A stretch of DNA of 64,000 nucleotides from Takakia lepidozioides. Lineage: Eukaryota; Plantae; Bryophyta. A program made the position numbers and the translations under genes. Positions 12,801 to 30,150 of the stretch are shown one piece after another (the first letter of the stretch is position 1; each line of letters begins with the position of its first letter). The notes under the pieces were generated by a model, which saw nothing but the letters and a program-made list of their open reading frames with translations, searched no databases and had not been told where the DNA came from. The stretch lies in NCBI GenBank assembly GCA_030704615.1, contig CM060732.1, positions 60,202,001-60,266,000 of the forward strand, in the 5' to 3' direction.

Positions 12801-15800
12801 CTTGTGGCCATTGACCCGGACTTAGAAATAGAGAGAGATAGAGAGGCAGAATGAGGAGGAAGTGACCCACAAAGATGAGGGTCTTGATGGCATGGATACT
12901 CGGTGAGATTGATGCAAAAGATCTCTGGGTGTGGAAATGGAGGCTGCCTGGCAAGGGGATTTCTCACCATGCACAGACCCTACCGCCGGGAGTTACTGTT
13001 TTGTATTTTTCATATTTATATTTTTGTTTTTATCTTTTGTGTTTGTGGTGGTGGCAGGTTTGCTACAGACAACAGTGCTGGAAAGCTTGGGCTGCATTTG
13101 GTTTAACCGTACTGAGTCCCATGACCGCCATGTTATTTCTGACAAGTGAGTGCAAGTCGAACCTCTTAACACCAAGCATATCATATTCTATTTGAGACAT
13201 TCGTCTTACAGCTCCAATCTCTGGGTGCAGACTGGGCCTCTGTTCCTGGGAGAGCTTATGGGAAAGGGGATGCAGCCCCTTAGAGCTTACATTATGTGGC
13301 CTAAATTGTGGGTGGGGCTGTTGTTTGTGAATTGTAACCCAGGGGCTCAAAGGTCTTTAGGGAAAATTTGGCCACAAAAATACCAGGCTCACTTGCCTTT
13401 CTAGATATGATGTACCCCTGTAAGCAGACAATCTATCACAATTGATTGATTTTGGAATAGCTGATTTTGAAAAGATTTTGACTATGTGTTGTAATTTTCC
13501 TGGCAGACTGAAGAAACATGTGGAAGACCCTGCTGCTAACCCCCTGTTAATATTTCCTGAGGGCACATGTGTTAACAATGAGTATACGGTCATGTTCAAG
13601 AAGGTGCGTGTCATCTGGACTATATTTATCGTCTTGCATTTCTTCTTTTTGTTCAGCATATCCAAGTTGCCAGATTAGAACAGCATGTGGTGTGCAGGGG
13701 GAGCATAAGGAACTGAGAGAGATCATAAGACGTTGTTTGCCGTGTAGCCTTGTGGCTGTAGAGCCCACGTCCAGTTTGGCCATGGATATTGTCTTCAGGT
13801 TGCCAGCAATTAGATCCCAACAGGGCCGCAACAGGATATTGATATTGTCTTCAGGCTGCCCTCTTCAGGTTGCAATATCCTGAAGACAATATCAATTTTC
13901 TAATACGTTGTCTGGTGTCTTCTCACCAGAGAGTGACCCTCTTCAGGAACATCAAGAACATTGTTCCTGCACCTCTGTTCACTAACTTTGAAAATCTCGA
14001 CGCTGAGCCTAAAGCCCTGGCCCTGTTGGGGTCTAATCGCTGGGCAACGTCCGGGGTCTTCTCACTAGAGAGTGGCCCTCTTCAGGAACATCAAGTCTCT
14101 GGTGAGAAGACACGAGAAGACACCAGACGTACTCATAAGACGTTGTTTGACGTAGCCTTGTGGCCTTTGACCGAGGGTAGAGGGAGAGAGAGAGACTCAG
14201 AGAGAGAGAAAGGTCATTCCCTGAGTTCACAGGTGTAATGTAAACTTCTGAGCATACTAATCCTCCAGGAGGTGGTTGTAATTTCACCCCACAAGGGTAT
14301 AAGAAATGAAATGAAATGAAATGATGCTTTATAACGTCCGCGGAAAGCTCATAGAGCTTATGGGACAAAATGGAAGAAAACATGAGAGAGGAACAAATCC
14401 AGAAACCACAATTAATGTTCTAGCGATTGTCTAAGGGTGAAGGCCTCGTGCAGGTAGGCTGCCAAGCATTTTTTATCCTCATAGTGGAAGACATCAGTGA
14501 GAGTTTGGGTTCCACTGAATAAACAGTGGAATCTCCCACGGATCTCGTAGTATAGAGGGCAGTAGAAGAAGTGTTCTTCAGTTTCAATTTCCTTGCTGCG
14601 CCCTATGCAAGCTGGACATAGGCGGTCCTCCCGTTGCAGGTTTTCCCATCTGCCAGTCTCTATCCGTAGGTTGTGGGAACCCACCCTGAACCGCCCCAAT
14701 GCCCTCAGGAGGGAAGGAGATAAGGATGCTGAAAGGTAATTTGGTCTCAAGATTCTATCATCGCGGAGCACCAAGAATGTCTCTCGATAGAAGTGGAGCT
14801 TTGTCGTGAGATTGGGTAGCTTCCAAGTTCTCTTGACATGTAATTCCATAAGCTCTCTCCTAATGAGTCTGTTGCGGTCATGTCTGGAAAAAACTAAGGC
14901 TGTGCTTGTGCCCACTTGGCTAGATGGAGCTGCACGCTCTGTATACACTGGCTTTTAAATACTAAAGAGCTCAAAACTGACGCCACTGCCACTGTAGCCC
15001 CTATCTGGAAACAGATGTCACAAGTATGGAGGTTGCACTGCCAGTAAGAATGTGAAAGAAAGAGGGAGAGTCATACTGGCAAAGACAAATGGCAGAGAGA
15101 AACACAGACGAAGAGACAGAGAGATTAGTTTGTGCCCACTCATCTGAAACAGGTAGGTACAAGAGTTACTGATGTTTTGGAGTGGGTGATTACAGGGGGC
15201 ATTTGAGCTGGACTGCACAGTATGTCCAATTGCAATAAAATACAACAAGATCTTTGTCGATGCCTTCTGGAATAGCAAAAAGTAGAACCTTTCCCCCTGC
15301 TCTTTTCTCCTCTCTTCTCTCTGAAACTAGATGTTGGGTCTGCCATCAAAGCCCACTGCCTGCATTCATTTTCTTGTGCTTTGCTGTATTCTTAGTTGGG
15401 TTTCAAACAAAATGCACCTATATATCACCAAAACACTTGATCTTCATATAGCTTGTTGCTGTTGGGGTTTGTTGCTGGAGCTTTCTTCAAGGCTGATGAT
15501 CTCGAGTTAAAAGAAGCAATCTGATTCAGACTCTTTTCTAGTCTTGACATGACAAGCCCTATCTCTATCTATCATGTTCATAATACAGATTCTCTCATTC
15601 AGCCTCCAGTTGACAATGCATTTTTGCATTATTCTTTCTGGGGCTTTTAAGGCATCCTGAGGATGCTACAATTTTGTTCTTTTTTTCTCTCTCGCCCCAC
15701 CCCATCCCCCGCTGTCTCTATGATGTGGTTTTTGGGGTCTCTCATTCACCCTGATTTTGCAGGGACCATTGATAAGGACAATTTGTTTGTTTGTTTGTTT

Positions 15801-17167
15801 GGTTGTATCTTCTCCCTTGGGTCTGGGGCTTCCCTTGGACGTACTAAATATCTTTTCCTTCCTTTCTCTTCTCATGTTTGTTGTGGTTGCCACAGGCAGT
15901 CATTCACAATGCATTTGATGCGGTTGATGACTTCGTGGGCAGTGGTGTGCGATGTTTGGTACCTTGAGCCGCAAACCTTACGTCCTGGTGAGACGTCCAT
16001 TGAGTTCGCTGAAAGGTGCATACACAGAGAACCCATTGGTGATTCTTTGGCTCTCCCTCAGTATCTGTGAAGTGAGTTACATTCAAGTTTGTCCGTTTGA
16101 GGATATTCCCTGAATAAATCCTGGAACTATTTACCGTGGATGTTTGTATCGTATATGTGCATATCTACATTGACGTAAGAGTACCACATGGAGAATGCCA
16201 TGAAGACTGAGTTGATATCGCAAATGTCCTGCCCACAAATTAGACAAGTTATGTGATGCTGTGTCATATGCCATTTTGTGATAGCATCCTCTGTAAGCAG
16301 CCTGCGAAAATTATTTAGAGTGGAATGATTATGTTGGATGTCTGGTTGGAACTTAGTATGTATTCAGTGCCCGTTCGAACAAAGGTCATATTTAACTTTC
16401 GTGATAGGAGACCTAATGTCAATGATGGCATAGCCAATGCTGAACCAACAAACTTCAAGTCAGTGAGACCATTCAAGCACTAAAGGCACTGTTCAACTCT
16501 CAAAGCGTCGAAAATAATTTGAATGGATTCAATGTGGCAGGGTGCGAGATATGCTAGCGAAGAGGGCAGGCATAAAGAAAGTACCATGGGATGGATACCT
16601 GAAGTATTACCGACCCAGCCCAAAGCTCACTGAGAAGAAGTATGCCTTGCTTCTCTCTTTCACATGATCTCAAACTCAACATTGATTATCAGGGATAATA
16701 TTCAAATCGTGCCTGACTAACTTTGCACAACTTCGCTTGGTCATACCAATTTGTTAGAGGGCGATTCCACCGGACTGGGAAGAAATGACATTTTTGATAT
16801 TATGACCACGGAACATCTGCTGCTCAGAGCACATCTCTTGGCTGTGCTCATCGTGTAACTTTTTCTTCTTACCAGGACCCTGGTGTGCTCCAGTCCCTAG
16901 GTTATGTCCAAAATGTCTTTATGGTTTTGTCATTTATACAGAATGCTCTCTGCTGTCCCAAACATGATACCAGAAAAGCCATATGTTAATGCACACCAAC
17001 TCAGAGAGCTGCTTTTTAAAAACCCTCTAATAATTTGGTGTTGATCGAAAAATGAGTTCACCCCTGTGACGACACTCATCCATGTTTGGTAGTGTGATTT
17101 GTTGTCGCTTTGCAGACAACAGAAGTTTTCGGAAGCTGTGATCCGACGGTTGCAAAGGGGGTCATAA
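6877..17167 (+). CDS. GPAT9: Glycerol-3-phosphate acyltransferase 9 (ER GPAT), 12 exons, ~389 aa
   Basis: Exons 6877-7034, 7423-7480, 7918-8036, 9232-9331, 9972-10067, 10560-10656, 13058-13145, 13507-13603, 15196-15281, 15896-16015, 16541-16639, 17116-17167. All introns are GT-AG and phase-consistent. Motifs RDLLDISP, PEPWNWN, VANHTSMID, LIFPEGTCVNN, VPWDGYLKY. Confidence 0.95.
8196..8474 (+). mobile_element. LINE family A 3' fragment (sense, GPAT9 intron 3)
   Basis: Matches the reverse complement of 11185-11520 (…gagcctaaagccc…, …ctacggcaaaccacatcttatgagtac). Confidence 0.8.
10837..10885 (+). mobile_element. Minimal LINE family A 3'-terminal insertion with 12-bp target-site duplication
   Basis: atggccacaaggctaaggcaaacaacgtcttatgagtaca flanked by TGTATGGGGGTA at 10825-10836 and 10886-10897. 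Confidence 0.8.
11169..12830 (-). mobile_element. Head-to-tail array of 5'-truncated non-LTR retrotransposon (LINE family A, RTEX-like) in GPAT9 intron 6
   Basis: RT C-terminus NVSKCAVM…YTYLGV…IRPALE.AS.IW…ALRGEFG (ORF 11700-12359), GTRLKFKL and CCHC knuckle CPLCGQPEDIIHFLIYCP. A second 3' piece lies at ~12422-12730 and small duplicated pieces extend to ~12830. The clade assignment is inference. Confidence 0.88.
13720..14175. mobile_element. Rearranged LINE family A pieces in both orientations (GPAT9 intron 8)
   Basis: Minus-strand 3' ends at ~13720-13760 and ~14128-14170; plus-strand knuckle region PEDNINFLIRC…AEPKALALLG at ~13880-14050. Confidence 0.8.
14303..14950 (-). mobile_element. LINE family B 3' fragment with (CATTT)n tail (GPAT9 intron 8)
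   Basis: ORF 14412-14948 with LGRFRVGSHNLRIETGRW…RLCPAC…ETEEHFFYCPLY (LINE ORF2 CCHC region). The tail is visible as (GAAAT)4 at 14303-14322. A second copy lies at ~62785-63480. Confidence 0.85.
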
Positions 17168-19207
17168 ATGGTTGAAGGCTGGTTTTGCTATTATTTTGGG
17201 ACAGCATCTTAAGGCTGTGTCGGTGTGCTTTTGCTATACCAGCTTTGTGGTCCATATTGCATAGTGCAATTGCAACAGGAGGGAATTTAGTTAACATGAG
17301 ATGGGTGGCACTGGAAATGTTTCTTTAGAAGATTTGACCAGGAGCCCTGAGTAAATTTGCACTAACATTTTAGACCAATGGATCGAGCGAAAGAGAAGAA
17401 CATGGTAGGTTAAGAGCTGGCTGCTTTTTACGCAGGAAAACTTCTTTCATTCTAGCCAGAAACAATCTTTATGGTCCCCTGAGGCAGTGCTCATCCTATA
17501 GAAGTTGGTTAGAAACTGCTATATTCTTTTGGAGGAATTTGTCTACAGTATCCTGAATGTCAACAAAGCTTGTGTCGGGATCTCCTTTATAAATAAATTG
17601 GGTCTTCATTGTGACCCAGGTGTTGACCACTGACATCTTATTGCAATGGAAGCTGGTGTGTTTGTACCACTGCTGCTTATCACCCTTGCCTTCATCATAG
17701 CTACGTGGAATGAATGGGAACCAAGCACAGATCCAGCACATCTGTATTTGGCCCAACCCAGAGATCCAAGCATGTAAGTTTGGTAAGTGACATGGTGAGT
17801 TCTGAGTAGCACTATCAGTTCCTTTGTTGGATGAATGGCCATTCTCAAACTTGTGGGCAGATCCTATTAGACAAGGTTTGGGTAGTATCCCTGGTCATCC
17901 CAGAAACTAAATGTGGTCAAGTGATAAGATCATCAAAGAGAAGAGGGTGATACCTCCAAAGAAAACTCAGTGAACTGTACTTACCACAAATAACATGTTG
18001 ACTGTCACAGCTAATCAAACATCAGTCACTGAAAAAATTGGGATTTATGAGGCAGCCTGTTTTGCAAATCAGAAACTAGCATTTGTCAAAGCAACAGAGA
18101 ACCTGGTGGATTTCATTCCAATGGGGCACAATTGTCTCATTTCCATGCCATGTACTTCCACACATGAGAGGCACCACTGAGAGTCTATAAATTGTCCAAG
18201 ACTATCTAGTCATCGCATTAGTATCTTTGTCAAGGGTAAAGCTCTTGACCCCAAACATGTATGGGCATAGACTTTCCACTATAAGATCAGTCCCCATCTC
18301 TCATCATGTAAAAGTCCATAACCAACATGAACTTCATGAGATTCACCAGTAGTGCTCCCGAAAGGTCAGAGTTGGTCGTACAACAGAGAGCACCCTCATT
18401 CCTGACCAACCCAGACATTTGCCACTAGTGTACAGTGATAGTCCTTAACACTGTATAGCTGGACTTTCTATGCAACAAAAATGACTACATTTACACTTGA
18501 CATGGCAAGATCTGGGGGAGAAGTGCAGAGCAATGCCCTGACTGCAGAGACCACATTCAGCACAATCACCAGTAGACTAGACAACAAGCTAAGGGAAAAA
18601 AAGGTACAGGCACAAGATTGAAAGTGGAAACTTAGCCATTGAAGATCTTAACATGGACACATTAGAACACAGCTATGGGAAGTAGCTCCATTTCCTTGTT
18701 TGACAAGATACTTGTCCCTGAAAATAGACCTGGCTGAACAATCATATGCGTCACCATTTCCAGAAAAGTTGCATCAGCATGAATACATGCAATCTAGTTT
18801 GAGCAGAAATTGCGAAAGACTGCTAAATTGCCTTCACAGGCAAGCGCCCATAACTAGAATACACTGTCGGATAATATTAGAGAGTGATGCATCTAATCTA
18901 AATGCATAAGCACAAACTGTCCATCACCGGCGGGTGAGGTCAAGTGAAGTGATGACAGGATCATCAGGGTGTGGAAAGGAGTGGTAACAATTCCAACAGC
19001 CCACGCAAATCTTTTCAACACATCCAAGCGCACAAGGCAGCCTTTCTCATAATTGAGCCTGGTTTGGCTCCGACCAAGCCTGTCAGACAAGAATAATATG
19101 CCTGACATCAGGTCATGAAATTACTACCGAAAGTCCCAGAAACAACTTGCGAGAATATCCTGTTCAGGTCACCAATTTTTGAAAGGGAACATAAACCCAA
19201 CTCATCC

Positions 19208-20152
19208 TTAGCCTTGTGTGGCGGGCACCTCGGCACCCTCCTCAGCCTTGATCCTTCGTACCTTTCTCAAAGAGCCCTTGCTTCCCTTTATTCTAGGAAC
19301 TTTGTTGGGGCGATCCAAATCGTCGCTCTCATGCTTCGATTTAATTGCAAAAGACTCTGACTGAATTTTCAAGGGCAATTGCGGGAGTGCTTGATACAAA
19401 GGCAGCGCAACTGACTCCACAGTCTTAAGAAACAGTGCCCGAATGTTGTTCCATTTCCTTGGAACTACGTTTGCAATGCCCTCTATAACAGCCTTCACAT
19501 TGTCAACAATCTCTTCCCTTGACTGAGAAAATCTAGCCACTTTGACCACACTACAAGTACCTCCGCCCACATAGAGAAAAGTTGATTCCCGGGCCGTGGC
19601 TATCTGGCCTTGCCAATTGCTTCGGGTGAGGTTCACAGGGATGGGATGTTTTTTCTTCTTGTAGAACGTCTTTCCCAACAGCTTTGGAAGCACAGGCAGG
19701 ATGCGCTCGTCCGCAAGGAACAGATCATATGAACCACACAGCTTCCGCTTGGCTTCAAACGCAAAGTAGTCGGTCTTGAGCTTAGAGAGGGCGATGACCT
19801 TGGATATGGCGAGGTTCTCTTCTACCACTTTCTGCTTAGCGTCCTTCGCCTTGATCCCCGACTTGTCGCGATCACTCACTAACAAACAGACTTCATGCGG
19901 GACATCTGAGGGGAAAAGGGGATGAGGGAGGGAGATACGAAACGGGTTAGTACGGTCGCGCTCTGGCATCGTCTTAAGCGCCACCACAACGTAGAGAAGC
20001 TCGTCATCCTCCAAAAGCTGAGCTTTCTCCTTCCTCTTCTGCGAATCCGACCACTTGATCAGCGCGTTCACAGCTTTTTCTACCAAGGCCTCGTCCACTC
20101 TTCCACTCGACACTGGTGGAGCTGCCGTGGCTTGCTCCAGCGTGAGCACCAT
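19208..20152 (-). CDS. RSL1D1: Ribosomal L1 domain-containing protein (RSL1D1/Utp30/Cic1 family), single exon, 314 aa
   Basis: Intact ORF with KLKTDY..FEAKRKLCGSYDLFLADERI..LPKLLGKTFYKKKKHPIPVNL and W.NIRALFLKT.ESVALPLY. Confidence 0.9.
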   Translation of the reverse strand: MVLTLEQATAAPPVSSGRVDEALVEKAVNALIKWSDSQKRKEKAQLLEDDELLYVVVALKTMPERDRTNPFRISLPHPLFPSDVPHEVCLLVSDRDKSGIKAKDAKQKVVEENLAISKVIALSKLKTDYFAFEAKRKLCGSYDLFLADERILPVLPKLLGKTFYKKKKHPIPVNLTRSNWQGQIATARESTFLYVGGGTCSVVKVARFSQSREEIVDNVKAVIEGIANVVPRKWNNIRALFLKTVESVALPLYQALPQLPLKIQSESFAIKSKHESDDLDRPNKVPRIKGSKGSLRKVRRIKAEEGAEVPATQG

Positions 20153-20337
20153 GGCTTAAACCCAACCCAGAATTCTCTTCTCCTCCTCCGTCCCTGAAAT
20201 ACAATCGCTCTGATCTATCTATCACCAACAACGGCATATGCACAAGCAACAAGCAAATCTTCAACCTCTTCCATGCACAGACTCGAGATCTCTCTCCCTC
20301 CCTCTTCTCTTCCTCACTGCTCTGCAGCGGCTAAGAA

Positions 20338-20404
20338 TTAGGGTTTTAGCTCACCCATGAACGAACGATATGAACTGTGGCGACGATGACGTGGTGACAC
20401 GTCA
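20338..20404. promoter_or_regulatory. Bidirectional promoter elements: telo-box (TTAGGGTTT, 20338-20346) and TGACGTG-N4-CACGTCA dyad (20387-20404)
   Basis: Motifs are seen directly in the 468-bp region between the divergent RSL1D1-like and RPS23 start codons. The telo-box is an established element of plant ribosomal-protein promoters. Confidence 0.6.
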
Positions 20405-20620
20405 CACACCCTATGTAACCCCGTCGCCTCTTCGTCTGAAATGCTTCGCGAGTCCGAGCCTGTGGAACAATCCCGAAGCAGCAGGCTCGGCAACGCTACC
20501 CTAAAGCACACAGATCCACAAACAGATTTCCTTCTCTTCACCTTCTGCGGTCGGCGCTACCCTGTCTCGCAGCGTCTCGGATCACATCTGTACTCTGGTC
20601 TTGAATTGAATCCAGTCACC

Positions 20621-22102
<1,482 letters not shown>

Positions 22103-23907
22103 GAAAAGGGAGATATGGAGTTGACAAATTTGCTAGTCAGTTCAAGGGAATCCATCCAGTTCCTTTCCATCTGTATGGTCACTATTATTCTGGAATGATG
22201 CCTGTCAAGAGCAGCTCCTCTTGTAAGAAGGGGCTACGCTTCTTACTTTGTATGCATTCCAAATGACTCTTATCACCACTTCATCTCTTTTGCATTTCAA
22301 GTTGTTTTGGGCTCCATTGGGCTCTACATGAGAGGAACAACGAACATGTCCAGACTTACACAGATGCTTTTCCGAATGGCTTCTGTGACTTGGTGACTTA
22401 AGTGAATGATATAGGAAACTTGGATTTGTGGAAACCACACCAACACTTAAAACAATTTCCTTCTGAATACTCAGTGCAAACTCTGAAGTTTGTAGTTGAA
22501 GCATAGAATGAAGAATGCAAGCAGCACATTGGCAGCGGATGGTTCTCTGATAAGCTTACTACTTGCAGACTGGGTATTGGCATGTGTAGCCTCAATCCTG
22601 AAGGCGGAAATATTTCTGCGTGTGTTGCCTGAAATCTGAAGGGACAGACTTTTTAGCCTCCAAACTACCTCTATGGAGGGAAGGGAATATCTTGTCTCCA
22701 GTAGGGAACCATTTAGACGACTTCAACGGTATTTAAAGATGTGGGATAGAAACTTAGCCTACTCTTCAGTAGTGTTCTTACTCTTAAATAGTGTTCCAAG
22801 TTCCAATTGTGACAGTAGCTGCAATGCATTAAGTGCTAAAGTGCTGTCAAGTATTTCCTGCTCTGAAAATATCAGGGGAGAATAGCAGGGTGTGGAGCTC
22901 AACGCATTTGATCTCAAGAATACAACATTCACAAAGCAAGTGTAAATGAGAAGAGACATAAGAGCCTGGAAGTTGGCATGCAGGATGAGATATGGCTAGA
23001 GAGGGAGCAGTCACAGGCAAGGTGGTCAGTATGGATGGCCTTCTCCCCCCAACTGGAACACCTCTCCCAAGTGTGCATGCATAGAGGCTGGCTGCTAATC
23101 CTACAGGAAGTAGACACGTATGACACTTAACTCTGCTAGTGTTCAATGGTAGATGCAGTAGTGCTGAAAGAGGTAGTAGCAAACAAATTGCAACTTCTTG
23201 CTTTAATTAAGCGCGTCTTACGAGAGACATCACATAGTACTCTAAACGGCAAAAGACCCAACACCTTAAAACTGTTGCACATTTCACACTTGTCCACCTA
23301 GGAATAATAGATCAGTTCTGGCTGGCTCTAACTCTCCCCAGTTTTCTCCACAGTTAGTTCCCTAGGCAATTTTTTGAAACCAGAAGTCCCTGGATGCAAA
23401 TTGGAAGTCCTCTTTGTTGACCTTGGAAGTATTTGAGGCCCCTGCCTTCTGAAGTGCGCACGAACTAGAAACGGTTTTGCACTCCAGAGAGACCTACCAA
23501 GGACGCAGGTCCAGGGACATGGCACGTCTCAATTGATTACATGTTGGATGCCCGCGCAAAAAACCTTTCGTTGACATTGACCATACCCTTATGGCGACAC
23601 AAGGCCCCAATCTAGGCACCTGACAGGGCAGGCCACTACTACCCCTGTGTCAACCATACCGTTACAAGCTAAAGGCAGAACCCCTTTTTGTCAACCGTTA
23701 CACGCTAAGTCATCCTCCGCTGGAACTGCTTAAACATGGCCTCACAGGACAATAAAGCTGCAGGTCGCTTCACTGCTCCAACAATAGGTATACTGAAAGT
23801 TACCAAATGAGACGAAAGGAAGTAATCATCCCCTTTTACAAAGCTGGAAAGAAAAAGGAGACAGAACAAGAGAAGAGGTGTTCCACTGTATTGCCAGTTG
23901 CCAGCTG

Positions 23908-29392
<5,485 letters not shown>

Positions 29393-30057
29393 GGCAACAA
29401 GACCACCGTCCACTCTCTCCCATCAGCTTTCCGCCTCTCTTCCCCTACCCTCCCTCCCATATCTCATTGCTCCCTTGCCTCTATCTCGCAGCCGCTCCCA
29501 TTGGATCTCCAGTCCGTAATCGCCGCTGTGATTCCCTCCTCCCTACAATCAAATGCAGCTCTCTCTAGTGTTCTCAGGACCTGCCCCGTCCGTCTGTGGA
29601 CTGTTTTGAGTACCTCTCAATCACAACTGCCTACCTCTGCCTCTTCGTCTCTCTCTGCAATCTCCGTCCCTCCCTCAATCTCTTCCGATACTCTGTCCAG
29701 ATGGCATCCTCCAGACTGCGCTTCCCTGCTGATGAATACCACGTGGCCACCCGTCCGGAACAGCCCCAAGCCCCCTGTCTTCCACACTCATACGCATCAA
29801 GTCTGGTGTCTCCCACCAGAAAAAAAAACAACTCTAGTCTCTCCAACCCACCAACACTCCACCTACCATCAAAGCTGCACCACAAACACAAGCCTTTCCT
29901 CCCTCAATCCCTTCCCAAGCCACCACTCCCTCCACTCCCAACTTACCCCACACATCCACCTCCCTTCCTTCTCTGCTCCCACAGGTCAACCACAGCCCCT
30001 CCTCTCCCTTTGCCCCTCACTCCATTTTCCCTACTCCCTCCATTGAACTAAAATCTT

Positions 30058-30095
30058 TTCTGTCTCCCTCTCCTTCTCCCTCTCCTTCTCTGTCC

Positions 30096-30141
<46 letters not shown>

Positions 30142-30150
30142 GTCTCTTTC
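30058..30150. repeat. (CT)n/(GA)n microsatellite upstream of GSK3 (possible BPC/GAGA element)
   Basis: The CT-repeat tract is directly visible; a regulatory role is inferred. Confidence 0.75.

Noticed and set aside
17400-18600. Exon-like segments with splice signals on the minus strand between GPAT9 and the RSL1D1-like gene
   Set aside because: All frames contain stops and no protein family is recognisable; could be UTR or decayed sequence.
29675-29797. 40-aa upstream ORF (MRMSVEDRG…) in the GSK3 leader, minus strand
   Set aside because: It may lie within a 5'-UTR intron (GTAAGT at 29946), the TSS is unknown and no conservation is recognisable.
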